Of a DNA stretch of 64,000 nt, positions 33,125-44,182 are shown piece by piece; position 1 is the stretch's first letter, and the number at the start of each line of letters is the position of its first letter. The position numbers and the translations under genes are program-made. The stretch is from Rhodosorus marinus CCMP1338 (lineage: Eukaryota > Plantae > Rhodophyta), in NCBI GenBank assembly GCA_029953675.1, contig JAMWBK010000004.1, positions 2,914,001 through 2,978,000 of the forward strand. Direction: 5' to 3'. The notes below the pieces were generated by a model, which saw only the letters and a program-made list of their open reading frames with translations, had not been told where the DNA came from and did no database searches.

Positions 33125-36100
33125 ATGCCGAGCGGGATGAGTGACTTAGTCGACGACGCTGAGGTTCAGTTCACTTTTGGATCTACTAGCCCGCATCGAG
33201 TTGACTCGGTTGAGTTTTTGAGTCCGTTGGAGAAGGATGTATCTCTCCTGCGAAACACGTTCTTCCAGGTCCTCGATCAGACCTGTGAGAAGGAGATGCT
33301 CTCGAAGATTGATCAGATCAACAGCGCGTCGAAGATCTACGATTTGTCTAAGGAGGACCAGGCTTTCGACAAGATGGCTGCGCTGGTCTCCAAACTGTCG
33401 GATGAGGAGCTCCTTACGGTGGCGGGCGCATTCTCGATGACGTGCAATCTCGCCAACATCGCGGAAAACGTGCATCGAATTCGTCGGCGACGAGCTTACG
33501 AGAGGGGGGAGAGCTCACTGGGCTACCTGCATTCTTGTGGTGAAACGTTCGGCACACTGACACAGGCTGGAAAGTCTGGCGAGGAGATCCATGAGGCGCT
33601 GAGCAAGCAAACGGTGGGCGGATCAGAAACCGCAGAGTGGAGCATGATACATCGTGGGACCTGTTGAGCTTATGAGATGTTTCTTTGGTTTACAGGTTAA
33701 ATTTGTCTTAACAGCCCATCCTACTCAAGCTGTCAGGAAGAGTATCCTGGCCAAGCTCCAAGTGATTGCCTACGACCTTCTGGAAATGCATCGTGAGGAC
33801 TTAACCCCGAACGAAATGTCTGATTTCAGGATGGACTTGAGGAAAAAGCTCCTTGCGATCTGGCAGACGGATCAAATCAGGAGAACGGCTCCCACCCCGC
33901 TTGACGAGGCTCGAGGAGCACTCCAGACTATTGAAGACGAGCTGTGGGTTGCTGTTCCTAGGTACATTCGCTCCATCGATCGCTCTCTTAAGCAAATTGA
34001 CCAACCGACTTTGCCGAGAGACGCTCGACCATTCCTCTTTGGGTCATGGGCCGGCGGCGATCGTGACGGTGAGACGAAAACTACTCCGAAAGGATTGGGA
34101 GTCCCTTCGAAGCTGATTTGCTAGTTTTCGCGTTCAGGTAACCCCTTCGTGCTTCCGGAGACCACCCACAGAGTTGTCTTGTTGAATCGATACAGGACGA
34201 TCAACAAATATCTCCAAGACGTTGAGAAATTACTGTTCGAGCTCTCCATGACGAAGTGCAATGATACGCTGATCGAATACAACCAGAAGCAACCCAGGCC
34301 TGATGTTTCCATGGTACGTGTAGCCGCGTTGCGTCAAGATTCGTCGATACAACTATTTCCGGTCTGTCAGCTCTCTAACAAGAGTGTGTGCATGAATTTA
34401 CAAACAGAAAAACATCAAGTTTAGGGAGTACTGGAATTACGTTCCTCCTAGCGAGCCGTATCGCGTGTGCCTCTTCAACGTTCGGGACCGACTCGCGAGA
34501 ACACTTGAGTATTGCGAAGCTCGACTTGCCGATAATGCTGTGCCGAAAGTACCTCAGGAGCTCATGTATGACCACGTGAATGACCTTATAGAACCGCTTG
34601 AGATCATGTACCAGTCGCTTGTGGACACTGGGTTGGAAATGGTTGCCAGCGGGACGTTGCTAGACCTTATTAGGAGAGTCCATGCGTTTGGACTGTACCT
34701 GGTGAAGCTGGACGTTCGCCAGGAAGCAGACCAGCACACTGCAGCGATCGATGCGGTCACGGAATTCACTGGTCTTGGCAAATACTCGGATTGGGATGAG
34801 GACAAGAGAATGAGCTTCCTTGAGGATATCCTCGCTTCTAGGAGACCGTTGATCCCTCGAGTGATGCCATGCACCCCGAAGGTTCAGAATATCCTGGACA
34901 CATTCCAAACTGTAGCTGAGCTCGGAACGGAGGCGCTGTCAGTTTACATCATTTCAATGTGTATGAGACCGTCGGATGTGATGCTGGTGGAGGTATTCCA
35001 GAGAGAATTTGGAAAAGCTGATGGGAACACCCTGCCAGTGGTGCCGCTCCTTGAGACTATTGGCGCTCTGAAGGATGCTCCAATGGTGCTGGAAAGGCTT
35101 TTCTCATGCAAGTGGTACAGAGACCATCTGAGGGAAGATCGGTTTGAAAACATTCAGGAGGTCATGGTCGGGTACAGTGACTCGGCCAAGGATGGTGGGC
35201 GTATGGCATCTGCGTGGAATCTGTTCAAGGCACAGCAGGCAATGGTCAAGGTCGCTCTAAAATATGATGTTACCCTACGATTCTTCCATGGCCGTGGAGG
35301 CACTGTTGGTCGAGGAGGAGGACCGCAGCATCTGGCTATTCTCTCTCAACCGCCCCGCACCATCAACAGCTACCTGAGAGTCACTATTCAGGGAGAGGTG
35401 ATCGAGCAGGATTTCGGTCTTCAACCGTTGTGCGACAAGACCCTGGAGACGTACACGACTGCCGTGCTGAAGGCTGATCTCATCGACTTTGCCGATGTGA
35501 AACCCGAATGGACTGCAATTATGGAGAAACTGAGTGAAACTTCGCTCGCGAAGTATAGGGAGGTAGTACACGGAGAACCGCGTTTTGTGGATTACTTCCG
35601 GAGCGCGACGCCTGAACTTGAGCTGGGAATGCTTAACATTGGCTCTCGCCCAGCGAAGCGCCGAGCCGGAGGGGTTGAAACGCTCAGGGCAATTCCTTGG
35701 ATCTTCGCCTGGACGCAGAACCGCCTTATCCTACCGGTCTGGCTTGGCGTCGGTACAGCGCTGAAGAAGTCCTTCGAGGACGGAGACGAAGCAGTCCTCA
35801 GAGAGATGTACGAAAGCTGGCCATTCTTCAAGTCCTTCTTCCAGTTGATTGAGATGGTTCTCGCGAAAGCGGACCCTCTCGTTTCTCAGCACTACGACAA
35901 CGAATTGGTAGACGACAAACTGAAAGGCCTTGGTGTCGAGCTCCGAGAGCTCCTCGAGGAAACTATCGAAATGGTCCTGCGATTGTCGGGAGGCTCTAAA
36001 TTGCTCGACACGGACAAGGTAGAACAGCGTTCTGTCGACACCCGGAGGAAGTGGCTTACGGTTGTTAATCTGATTCAAGTAGAGGCTCTGAAGCGAACCA

Positions 36101-36186
36101 GAGCAGGAGATGAAAGCCCAGTTCTGAAGGACGCGCTTATCACGTCCACAAAGGCTGTTGCTTCCGGAATGCAGGGTACTGGATAG
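33125..36186 (+). CDS. PPC: Phosphoenolpyruvate carboxylase, multi-exon
   Basis: VLTAHPTQA, FGSWAGGDRDG, VPLLETI, QEVMVGYSDSAKDGG, FHGRGGTVGRGGGP, LRAIPWIFAWTQNR, EMVLAKAD; ends GMQGTG*. The start could alternatively be ATG 33077. Confidence 0.98.
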
Positions 36187-36384
36187 GAATCCTGCCATCA
36201 TCCTCTTATGCAGCAGGGTTACTCCTGCGACACATTTAATCCAAGCCTGGTCCGCAAATGGCTGGCGTAATTCCATTAAATCAAAGAACTAAAGAGCTTC
36301 TTAACTTAAAGATCTGCAGCGCAGTCCTAAATTCAGCGAAGTCACAGACTCCGGCCAGATTGCAGTTTTCGGAGCTCGGTGCCC

Positions 36385-37776
36385 TTACGACTCCTTTAGT
36401 TTTCTGGCGTGAACGTAATTGTGCTCAATCATCCAGTTCACGCTCTCCCGAATCGCATCTCTTGCTCCACTTGTATCAAGGCCAAGTTCTCGAACAGCTT
36501 TGCTCGAATCGAAGTCTAAAATTTTTGCCAGTTGTTCGAAAACGTTCGATGATTCAGTTGACCACTTTCGCTTTCAGCTCGCTCTAGGGGAGAGGTTGCA
36601 ATGTCTCTGGTTGTGCTCCTTACAATGATACTTTGTAATAACCTCCGCACGTTCTAAAGTCATACTCTTAGAGTCAAGGAGGACTTCACCGATAAAGCAG
36701 GCGAGGAAAACCACCCAGTTGGGCAAACATATACTCGGGGGGGATGTACCAGCTGCCCGAGAATATTCACTCAACATATCGTGGATGAGCATGTTCTCTC
36801 CACCAAGGATGTATCGGTGTCCGAGTCTACCAACTTCCATAGCCTTCACCATGGCGTCGCAGCACTGACGAATGCCGATGATGTTGATCCCTCCGTGCGT
36901 ATAAAACTTCAACGCCCCCTAGTGTTTTCACAGGCGACTGGAGCTAAGGGGAAGCTGCCCGCTGACGACGATAGCCGGGTGGGTGGTTTGTTTACCTGTG
37001 CAGCTTGGATTTGATTCTTCCTCGAACCCTTTTTTGCATCAGATGCTCCAACCACGTTGCTCGGACAAACCACGACTGCATCCAGTGTCCGCTGAGCGAC
37101 AGTCTGCATGACAAGTCGCTCACCAGCGTGCTTGGTTCGAAGGTAGCTAACCTTGCCAGCCTTTGCTTCGTCCCAGGGGGAGTCCTCATTCAGAGGAGGC
37201 TGATTCTCGCTGTTGTTGTATCCGACAGAAACAATAGACGAGACATGCACTAGTCTCGGTTTCGAAGGATTCTAATCAAGACGATAGAACCGACGAAGCT
37301 GCAAAGTCAGGAGCTAGGTTTTTATATTGGCAAGCCGTTGGCATTTCCCTTCTCACCTCTTGGATAGCGGTTATTACGTTCCTGGTTCCATCAACGTTGA
37401 CTGAATGCATTAGATCACTCATTTTAGAGGAATAGGCTACCACGCCAGCTCCATGGAAAACAGCCTTCCACTCTCCCTCTCCATCGCTCAGGGCAGCTCT
37501 GACGGAGTCCAGATCTGTCACTGGTTGTGAGGAACACAAAACGCGCTTCAGAACGGACCATCTCTGTATAAAGCAATCTCAACACTGAAAAACTATACCA
37601 TCTCCAATATGACTGACTACGTTCAACGCATCCAACTCCTCAGCTCCTCTCATCGACCTCCTCAGAACGTGCACCTTGTAGCCATGCTGAAGCAGCGTGC
37701 TACACAAGCTTGATCCAACAAATCCAGTTGCTCCAGTGACAAGAACACGTTTATGTGAATCTTTAGCTGATGCCAT
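36385..37776 (-). CDS. NAD-dependent epimerase/dehydratase (extended SDR, DFR/HpnA-like), multi-exon
   Basis: VLVTGATGFVG, VFHGAG, NVDGTRNV, VHVSSI, YLRTK (YxxxK), GRLGHRYILGGEN; last exon YFDSSKAVRELG...KES* after intron GTAAGG...TTTTAG. Confidence 0.9.
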
Positions 37777-38024
37777 CGTTGGCCTGGAGCTCATAACAGA
37801 TACCACAAATCCAACTTGCTTCATTGTAAGCTGCTCAGTAGATACGCCCCCAATCGGATTCAAAAATCAATCCACTTTGATTCACCGGCTCCAATGCTTG
37901 CTTGGGAATGGTCTTGGTTGACGTCACTGAGAAACTAGGGACCTGAAGCTGAACCAACTGGAGACTGTGGTATGCTCAGACTAAGCAAACCATATCAGAA
38001 CAAGAAGAAGATCGTTGGAAAGCT

Positions 38025-38096
38025 GGAGTCAATATTACTCCCGGAGTCAATATTACTCCCGGAGTCAATATTACTCCCGCAGTCCATATCACTCCA
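38025..38096. repeat. 18-bp minisatellite, 3 perfect + 1 degenerate unit (GGAGTCAATATTACTCCC)
   Basis: Units at 38025, 38043, 38061, and degenerate GCAGTCCATATCACTCCA at 38079. The unit is a near-palindrome around AATATT. Confidence 0.92.
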
Positions 38097-38574
38097 GCTT
38101 GACAACAGCTGTTGGCCAAAACAGGAAACAGCTAAGCTGTGTTGCGCTGCTATTGCCGATACTTTGAACGGAATCGTCTAAAAGCCGAAACTGTAGCTTG
38201 CAAATAAGGCGGAGCTAGTGGATCTCGGCATGTGTTGCGCATGCATTAGCAATAGATCAAGCTTTGCGGGACATTAGAAAAGGGACAATCCTTTCGGAAA
38301 AACTTCACGGGAAACAACAATTGGACTACAGCTGTTGAAAAGTCTTAACCCATGTGTTGCTTGATGGCGCCAAAGGGTCAACGTGGGACTCCAAATTTCG
38401 TTTTAGGGTTCATCTCTTCTTCTTCAATTTGGGTCTCACCAATAAAAAAACCAGGTGGAACAAACCACAACCTCCCTTGCTACTGTGGTGAAAAAGCCAA
38501 TGTACACTGAAAAGGGGGGACGAAAACCCAATGCTAGAACGCTTGTATGGCTAGGTGATCTAACGGTGGTTTTA

Positions 38575-39720
38575 CTAAGATACACCGCCGACGAGCTTCC
38601 TTGGGGAGTAGCAGGGACCAGATGATGTCTTAAATGCTGCATCCTAGTTCCGAGTAGAACATAGAAAATAGAAAAGCCCTCGCTTAGCTCGAGCTTCTCT
38701 GCCGAGTATTCGCCTTGTACTGTGGTTCATGAATTACCTGGTACTGTGCAATGCCGTCCTCATTCGTGGACAGGTCATCCGCTACTCGATCAAAAGCTTT
38801 GGAAGCGCGGTTGCCGGGATCAATTGGAGCAGACTTGTGGCCATCGAATGTGATCAGCTCACCACTGGTATACAGTGCAAAAGATATCAGAATCAGGGGA
38901 ATGCATGGTGACCTTTTCGATGAACTGGAAAAGGCCTGTGAGACTTACTTGCCGCACTCCTCTGGGGGACTCAGAGGATCAACCTCACTATGATCTTCGT
39001 TGCTAGCGCATAGAAGCATTCCGTGACTCGTGATACCTCGCATTGCTCTGGGCTTCAAATTGCAGAGTACGACCACTTTACGGCCTGTCAGCTCTTCCTC
39101 TGACATGAATTTCACCAGACCAGATACGATCGTACGAGGCTCCGGTTCTCCTACATCAATCTGTTTATCTGAGGATTCAGTATGTGAGCATATACCCGCC
39201 CTTGGGGCACACGCAGCCGGAAGTGAAGAGTTCTCAACATTCATCAACTTACTGTTTCAACGTAAAGCGTGTCAGCCTCAGGGTGCTTCTTGCACTCGAT
39301 GACTGTACCGGCTCGGATCTCAAGTCTCGAAAGCTCTGTGAGAGGCAGGGCCGCAGCCTCCGTTTCAGACTCTGCGCCGGCGCTTTCTGGTGCCTCAGCA
39401 CTCATTGTCGTGAAGCTTGCTCGACTCAAAACCTTCTTTGAATCCAGCTCCGAAATCGACATGTCATAACTGGATCCCGGAGACAGTCCCTTCAGAATAA
39501 CGCTGGACCTCGTCACCGTCCTGAACGATGCAGGATTTGAATCGCTTTTGTACACCACTCTATATGCGCGAGACCCCGAAGCCGCCCAGCTCAATGACGC
39601 ACTACCCAATCTGATATTCTGAAAGCTAATGCCATCTGCAGAGCAAATCGTTGCTTTCGATCTAACAGCCCCAATGCCACCGATCCCACCAACAAATCCT
39701 GCCATCCCTCTCAACGCCAT
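38575..39720 (-). CDS. Plastid-targeted tRNA-binding (Trbp111/EMAPII/Arc1p-C-type OB fold) protein with an N-terminal fibronectin type III-like domain
   Basis: [12 protein letters not shown] transit-like start; FN3 pattern SASLSW...YRVVY...[16 protein letters not shown]; [23 protein letters not shown]|[15 protein letters not shown]...[23 protein letters not shown] (tRNA_bind). Four exons, stop at 38575. Confidence 0.88.
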
Positions 39721-40384
39721 CTTCCCAAACTCCAAGTCGAAGCTGCGGAATAAAAATAAAATAAAATAGAAGGTACACCAGAGGGCACAAACTGAGGAGA
39801 AACTGGTAACATCCAACACAACATGAAGTCAAAAACTGGAGCTCCCGCATATCCCAGTCGCTCTCGATATCCCTTGTCAACTTCGGCCGTTGTCCTCACA
39901 CCCTGCCCAGTCCAAATCTCCACCATCCAGACCTCCTCGAATCCATCCAAAAAAATAAAAAAATTCCTAACGATTGATAAAAGGCAAACATAATACGAAT
40001 AATAAAATACCACGTGTCCGAACAACGCTGTGGTAACCAATTATTTTAGACCGAGTGTCTCTTCTTGCGATGGTTTAATATTAATGGTTTAGCGTCTATA
40101 TGGTACATTACTGTATCTACGGTATACGTCGCATGTGGCATTAATTGATTGGGTAAACGTGTGACGGTGGATTGTAGTGTGTGAAGACTGGTTGATAATA
40201 CTATGTACGACGCGTGTAAGGTTTTAATTTGTGAAATGGTTGTGTGCTCTGTGCTTTCTACTGTTTTTAATAGCGTTTTGATTTCGAGATAGTTGGCGTT
40301 TATTAGGGCTCTTCGTAGCTCGGTTTCTTCAGGTGAGAAGCTGAGCGGCAGTTCATCACCTTTGGCGTGGAGCTGGGACTTCCT

Positions 40385-41530
40385 TCAAAGGTTTGTCCTC
40401 AAGGACGGAAATCCGGAATGGAATCGTTCTATTCTGAACGGGTCCAAGTTTGGTTCAGAGTTTGCCTGGGACTTGACCTCCTGGGCGGCGAGCTTTGCTA
40501 TCAGAGGCGCTAAGGTGATACCCGAATGAGTCACCGCCAGGTAGACATTGTCTGCTTCCGGTGAAAAGCCCACAATTGGTAGACCATCCAGTGGCACTGG
40601 CCTGAACCAGAGCGGGTCGACTTTGATATCCAATCCCTTCAAGTAATTTGAACACTCCGCCCACTGGGCATGTTGGCGCTCGACGAAAGCGTCCGTATCC
40701 TCCCCGTTTACGAAAAGACCATCTCCCTCACCGAATACCAGACCACCATTAGCATCGTGCTTGAGGTGGTAGCTCACCACTCCCTTTCCCGGCAATGAAG
40801 AATACCACTGAACCATTCCAGTAGACTGGAGAACAGATTCGGGTGGTGACGCTCGAGCAAGGATACCAGGTGAGTCTACCATAGGCACGTCAATACCAAG
40901 CTTAGACGCGAGCATTGGTGTACCAGTGCCTGCCGCTAGGACTAGAAGATCACAGTTGGTAATCCCTTCGCTTGTAATTATCGCGTACCCACCCGACGCA
41001 TTCCTCGAGATCTCAGAGACTTTACCCAAAACAAGCGATACACCTTTCTCCTGGGCAATCTCTAAGCACCTGGACGCAACTCTTCCAGAGTCTACTACCA
41101 TTTCATCGCTTGCCAGGGCGGCAAACTGGACTGACTCTGGTTGGAGTTTCGGCTCCATTTCGTAAAGATCCTTAGCGCTAATCTCACAGATGTCATGTCC
41201 ATGCTCCTGCAGCCTTACAACAGAGTCCTGGAGAAACTTTGCAGACCTGTCGTCGTCTGCCCACTTCAAGGCTTTCTTTTTATACGCAAAAATTTCATTA
41301 CCTCCCAATTCTTCGACAAAACTCTTCCACAATGAGCAAGCATCACGTCGAAAATCGTGGTAGACTTGAGGCTCGGTCGCCCATGCGTTGATCCAGGCAA
41401 AGGACTTTTGGCTCACTGTGTTCGCGTTCCCGGCGTCTACCAGAACAACCTTATAGTCCGTCTTTTTGCTCAGCTCATAAGCAATTGAGGACCCAATAAT
41501 ACCCCCTCCAATGACTGCTACCCTTGCCAT
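40385..41530 (-). CDS. FAD-dependent oxidoreductase (DAO/glycine oxidase family)
   Basis: Intronless. MARVAVIGGGIIG (GxGxxG), SQKSFAWINA, RPVPLDGLPIVG, LAVTHSGITLAPLIA. Confidence 0.9.
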   Translation of the reverse strand: MARVAVIGGGIIGSSIAYELSKKTDYKVVLVDAGNANTVSQKSFAWINAWATEPQVYHDFRRDACSLWKSFVEELGGNEIFAYKKKALKWADDDRSAKFLQDSVVRLQEHGHDICEISAKDLYEMEPKLQPESVQFAALASDEMVVDSGRVASRCLEIAQEKGVSLVLGKVSEISRNASGGYAIITSEGITNCDLLVLAAGTGTPMLASKLGIDVPMVDSPGILARASPPESVLQSTGMVQWYSSLPGKGVVSYHLKHDANGGLVFGEGDGLFVNGEDTDAFVERQHAQWAECSNYLKGLDIKVDPLWFRPVPLDGLPIVGFSPEADNVYLAVTHSGITLAPLIAKLAAQEVKSQANSEPNLDPFRIERFHSGFPSLRTNL

Positions 41531-42099
41531 CGCGAGTCTAAACTCTCTACAAGTCACACATCCAATACACGCCTCCACATCAAAGAAGCTCTACCGCATT
41601 GCCCCGGGGCCTAGAGATGTTTTATACTGCCAGATGAGTTCACAAATTTTACCAATCTGTTTCTCATACACGTTGATCCAACCCAACCCCAACACTCGGC
41701 CGTTGCTTCGGTGGCCATTTACACAACAAGCATTGGACGCACCTAACTGGCCATTCAACTTGCAACCCGTATACACTTCTCCGCCACCTTTCAAATGAAA
41801 TTTCAGTCTCCAAGGTGATATTCAATCCATTAATGCTAGTTATACCAGACGATGTTCAATCGATTACGTATTATCTTGACTGGAATCGCATAGCTGAGTT
41901 CTTGAGGTTTTAGAGGGTGCAGGATCAGATGGCCACTGTTGGAGGACTAAGGTAATTTCCTTCTCCTTCGCGGGGTGAGAGGGCCAGCCTCTAGTTCCTG
42001 TGGTGTGTGTGACAAGTACTGGGTGAGGCTATCTGAGTGCTCTCGGGGCCTCGGGATCGAGGTATCTGCTCCCAGTCTACCATGAAATGGCTGTGGTCC

Positions 42100-42760
42100 C
42101 AAGACAGACAGAGGGTATGGCCCCGATCACCAAACGATTTGTAGCGTGATCGCTACACTGTCATGCTGGGCTGTAGCAGAGAGCACGGCTGGGAGACAGG
42201 GACTGTCCAATGTTTCTGAGTACTCGATCATGGTGTCATCTACTTTCCTGGACATTTGTCAGCAAGCTTTCATAACTGACGTGGGAATACTCATGTACGG
42301 CTCCAGTATTTCACGCACTCGTGACGCAATACCTATGCCTGGACGCAGAGCTCAAGTAAACCATTCCAGCGGATATCCTACACTCTGGATAGCTCCTGAC
42401 TTTTGCATCGTAACACAGTTTCCACAGCTGATGGGTTGATTATCGATTTTCCAGAACTGTTTCCAATGCACGAGATACCAAAGTGACCCTGCGCATCGAT
42501 CGACCCTCTTCACCGAAAAGTTGTTCAAGCCAAATGACGGAAAAACTCCAGTTTTGGTTTGACACAATCCCACCAAGTTCTGTGTAGCAAACGTGAAGTG
42601 GCATAGAGCACCGACTCCAATAGTTCATCGTGAACTTCCAACACATTCGTGCCCAACAGCCTCCTCATCTCTTTCAGTTTTACCTCATCGAGGCGTGGGT
42701 TGCTGATCTGTTGCCGCCCTCGTTCATTCCAATCTCAACGAAATGCGGGGTTAGGAGCTC
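42100..42760 (-). pseudogene. Decayed coding relic, possibly mTERF-like helical repeat
   Basis: Protein-like segments broken by stops and frameshifts, e.g. EVKLKEMRRLLGTNVLEVHDELLESVLYATSRLLHRTWWDCVKPKLEFFRHLA* (42720-42525). The family assignment rests on the xKPKLEFF motif only. Confidence 0.25.
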
Positions 42761-44182
42761 TGCATGTATTTTACGTCCATCAAACCGAACTTCCTAGCGT
42801 ACCTAGCGTCTTTTTTGCTTCTGTTTACGCACAGTAAGGATATAATCTCTTCAATACGAACAGCCTAGCCCACTCCCAGCGCACTTTCAATGGGTACGTG
42901 TCTCTCGTCCACTCGCCCACTGCAACGACGTACAGAACCTCCTTACATCAAACAAACTATTCGTATTCAGTCAATAAACCTACCAAATATCCAATCATAC
43001 TTGATAATAAATTATTCAATCGAATAAAACTCAAATTCATTTTTTATACAACTTAATCTTATTCATAATATCAAAAGTTTTGAAAACTGTATTGGTCGTG
43101 GAGATATTTAGATTTCGACCACCGTATCTGATACAAAACATTACTCATTTCAATAAGAGGATATGTGTTTAGAACAATTCGAAAGGGTGCGTTTTTTGGG
43201 TACAAGAAGAATTGAAATTTTGAAGAATTATAGACAACCTAACCCAAAGAAGCTCAAATCCGGCTGTGGAGCGTTGGCCGTAGGAACAATGGATAAACAT
43301 GTTTTATAAATCTTTCTGGTCTAAAAGGGGAGCATGGTTGGATGTAAATCTAGCCCCGTTGTGAGAAGTAATGTCTTTTTTGGGTGTGAACATAAATAGG
43401 GCAGTCATGAATCGTCCGATAAACGTTTTCGATTATAGAATACTCAATAAATGTAGAAAAGTAGAGGTACGTGATTGAAATAGATCTAAAAAGCCTGTCT
43501 AGCTGCGAGACCGGTAAAACGACTGATAGGCAATCAATATTTGTACACTAGTCAGTCACCTCCACTCAAAGATATTGAATTATGTATGGCTTAGTTTCCA
43601 GTTCGACAGGTTGTCATTAATAATTAAATGATTTTACAGAATTTGCTCAGATTGAGAATATGTTGCAAGCCCCAATATTCTGAAAGCAGACCGTGGCGTT
43701 CACTGTTCTAGTGTCTTGAACAAGAAGATTGATCTCCAATCAATATATGTTGTTGATTGAAAATATCGGACGTCAATCGGTCGTTATTGGACTTTTATAG
43801 GACGAACACTTTTGTTCTATTTCTAATTCAGGTCTGATAAACGTATATCGGACATGAGCAAGACGAAAAATACTATAATTATTACTATATTCAGGTCCAA
43901 ATAAACCTATATACGACGCAATGGGACTTCTTTTTTTTGTTTGTCGGGGTGACAACCCTAACAAAGATCTGGCAGAGAAGGGCTTCAAGAATCAATCGAG
44001 AGGGAGGAAGGTGGTGAGTGACCTTTGGGATAAGAAGTTCTTCTAGGTTTAATGGAGTTGTGTTAGAAGGAAGTTTGTAAGGAGTAGCTTTGTGAAGTTC
44101 TGTTTCTGGTATTTCTCCTATCTGCTTTGGTTTAGGAGGCTTGCGATTTTGTGTGTGTGGTTCTTCTCTTTTTTTTGCCAAG

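Noticed and set aside
38025-38096. CRISPR-like reading of the 18-bp palindromic repeats
   Set aside because: Units are head-to-tail with no spacers, there are no cas genes, and the context is eukaryotic.
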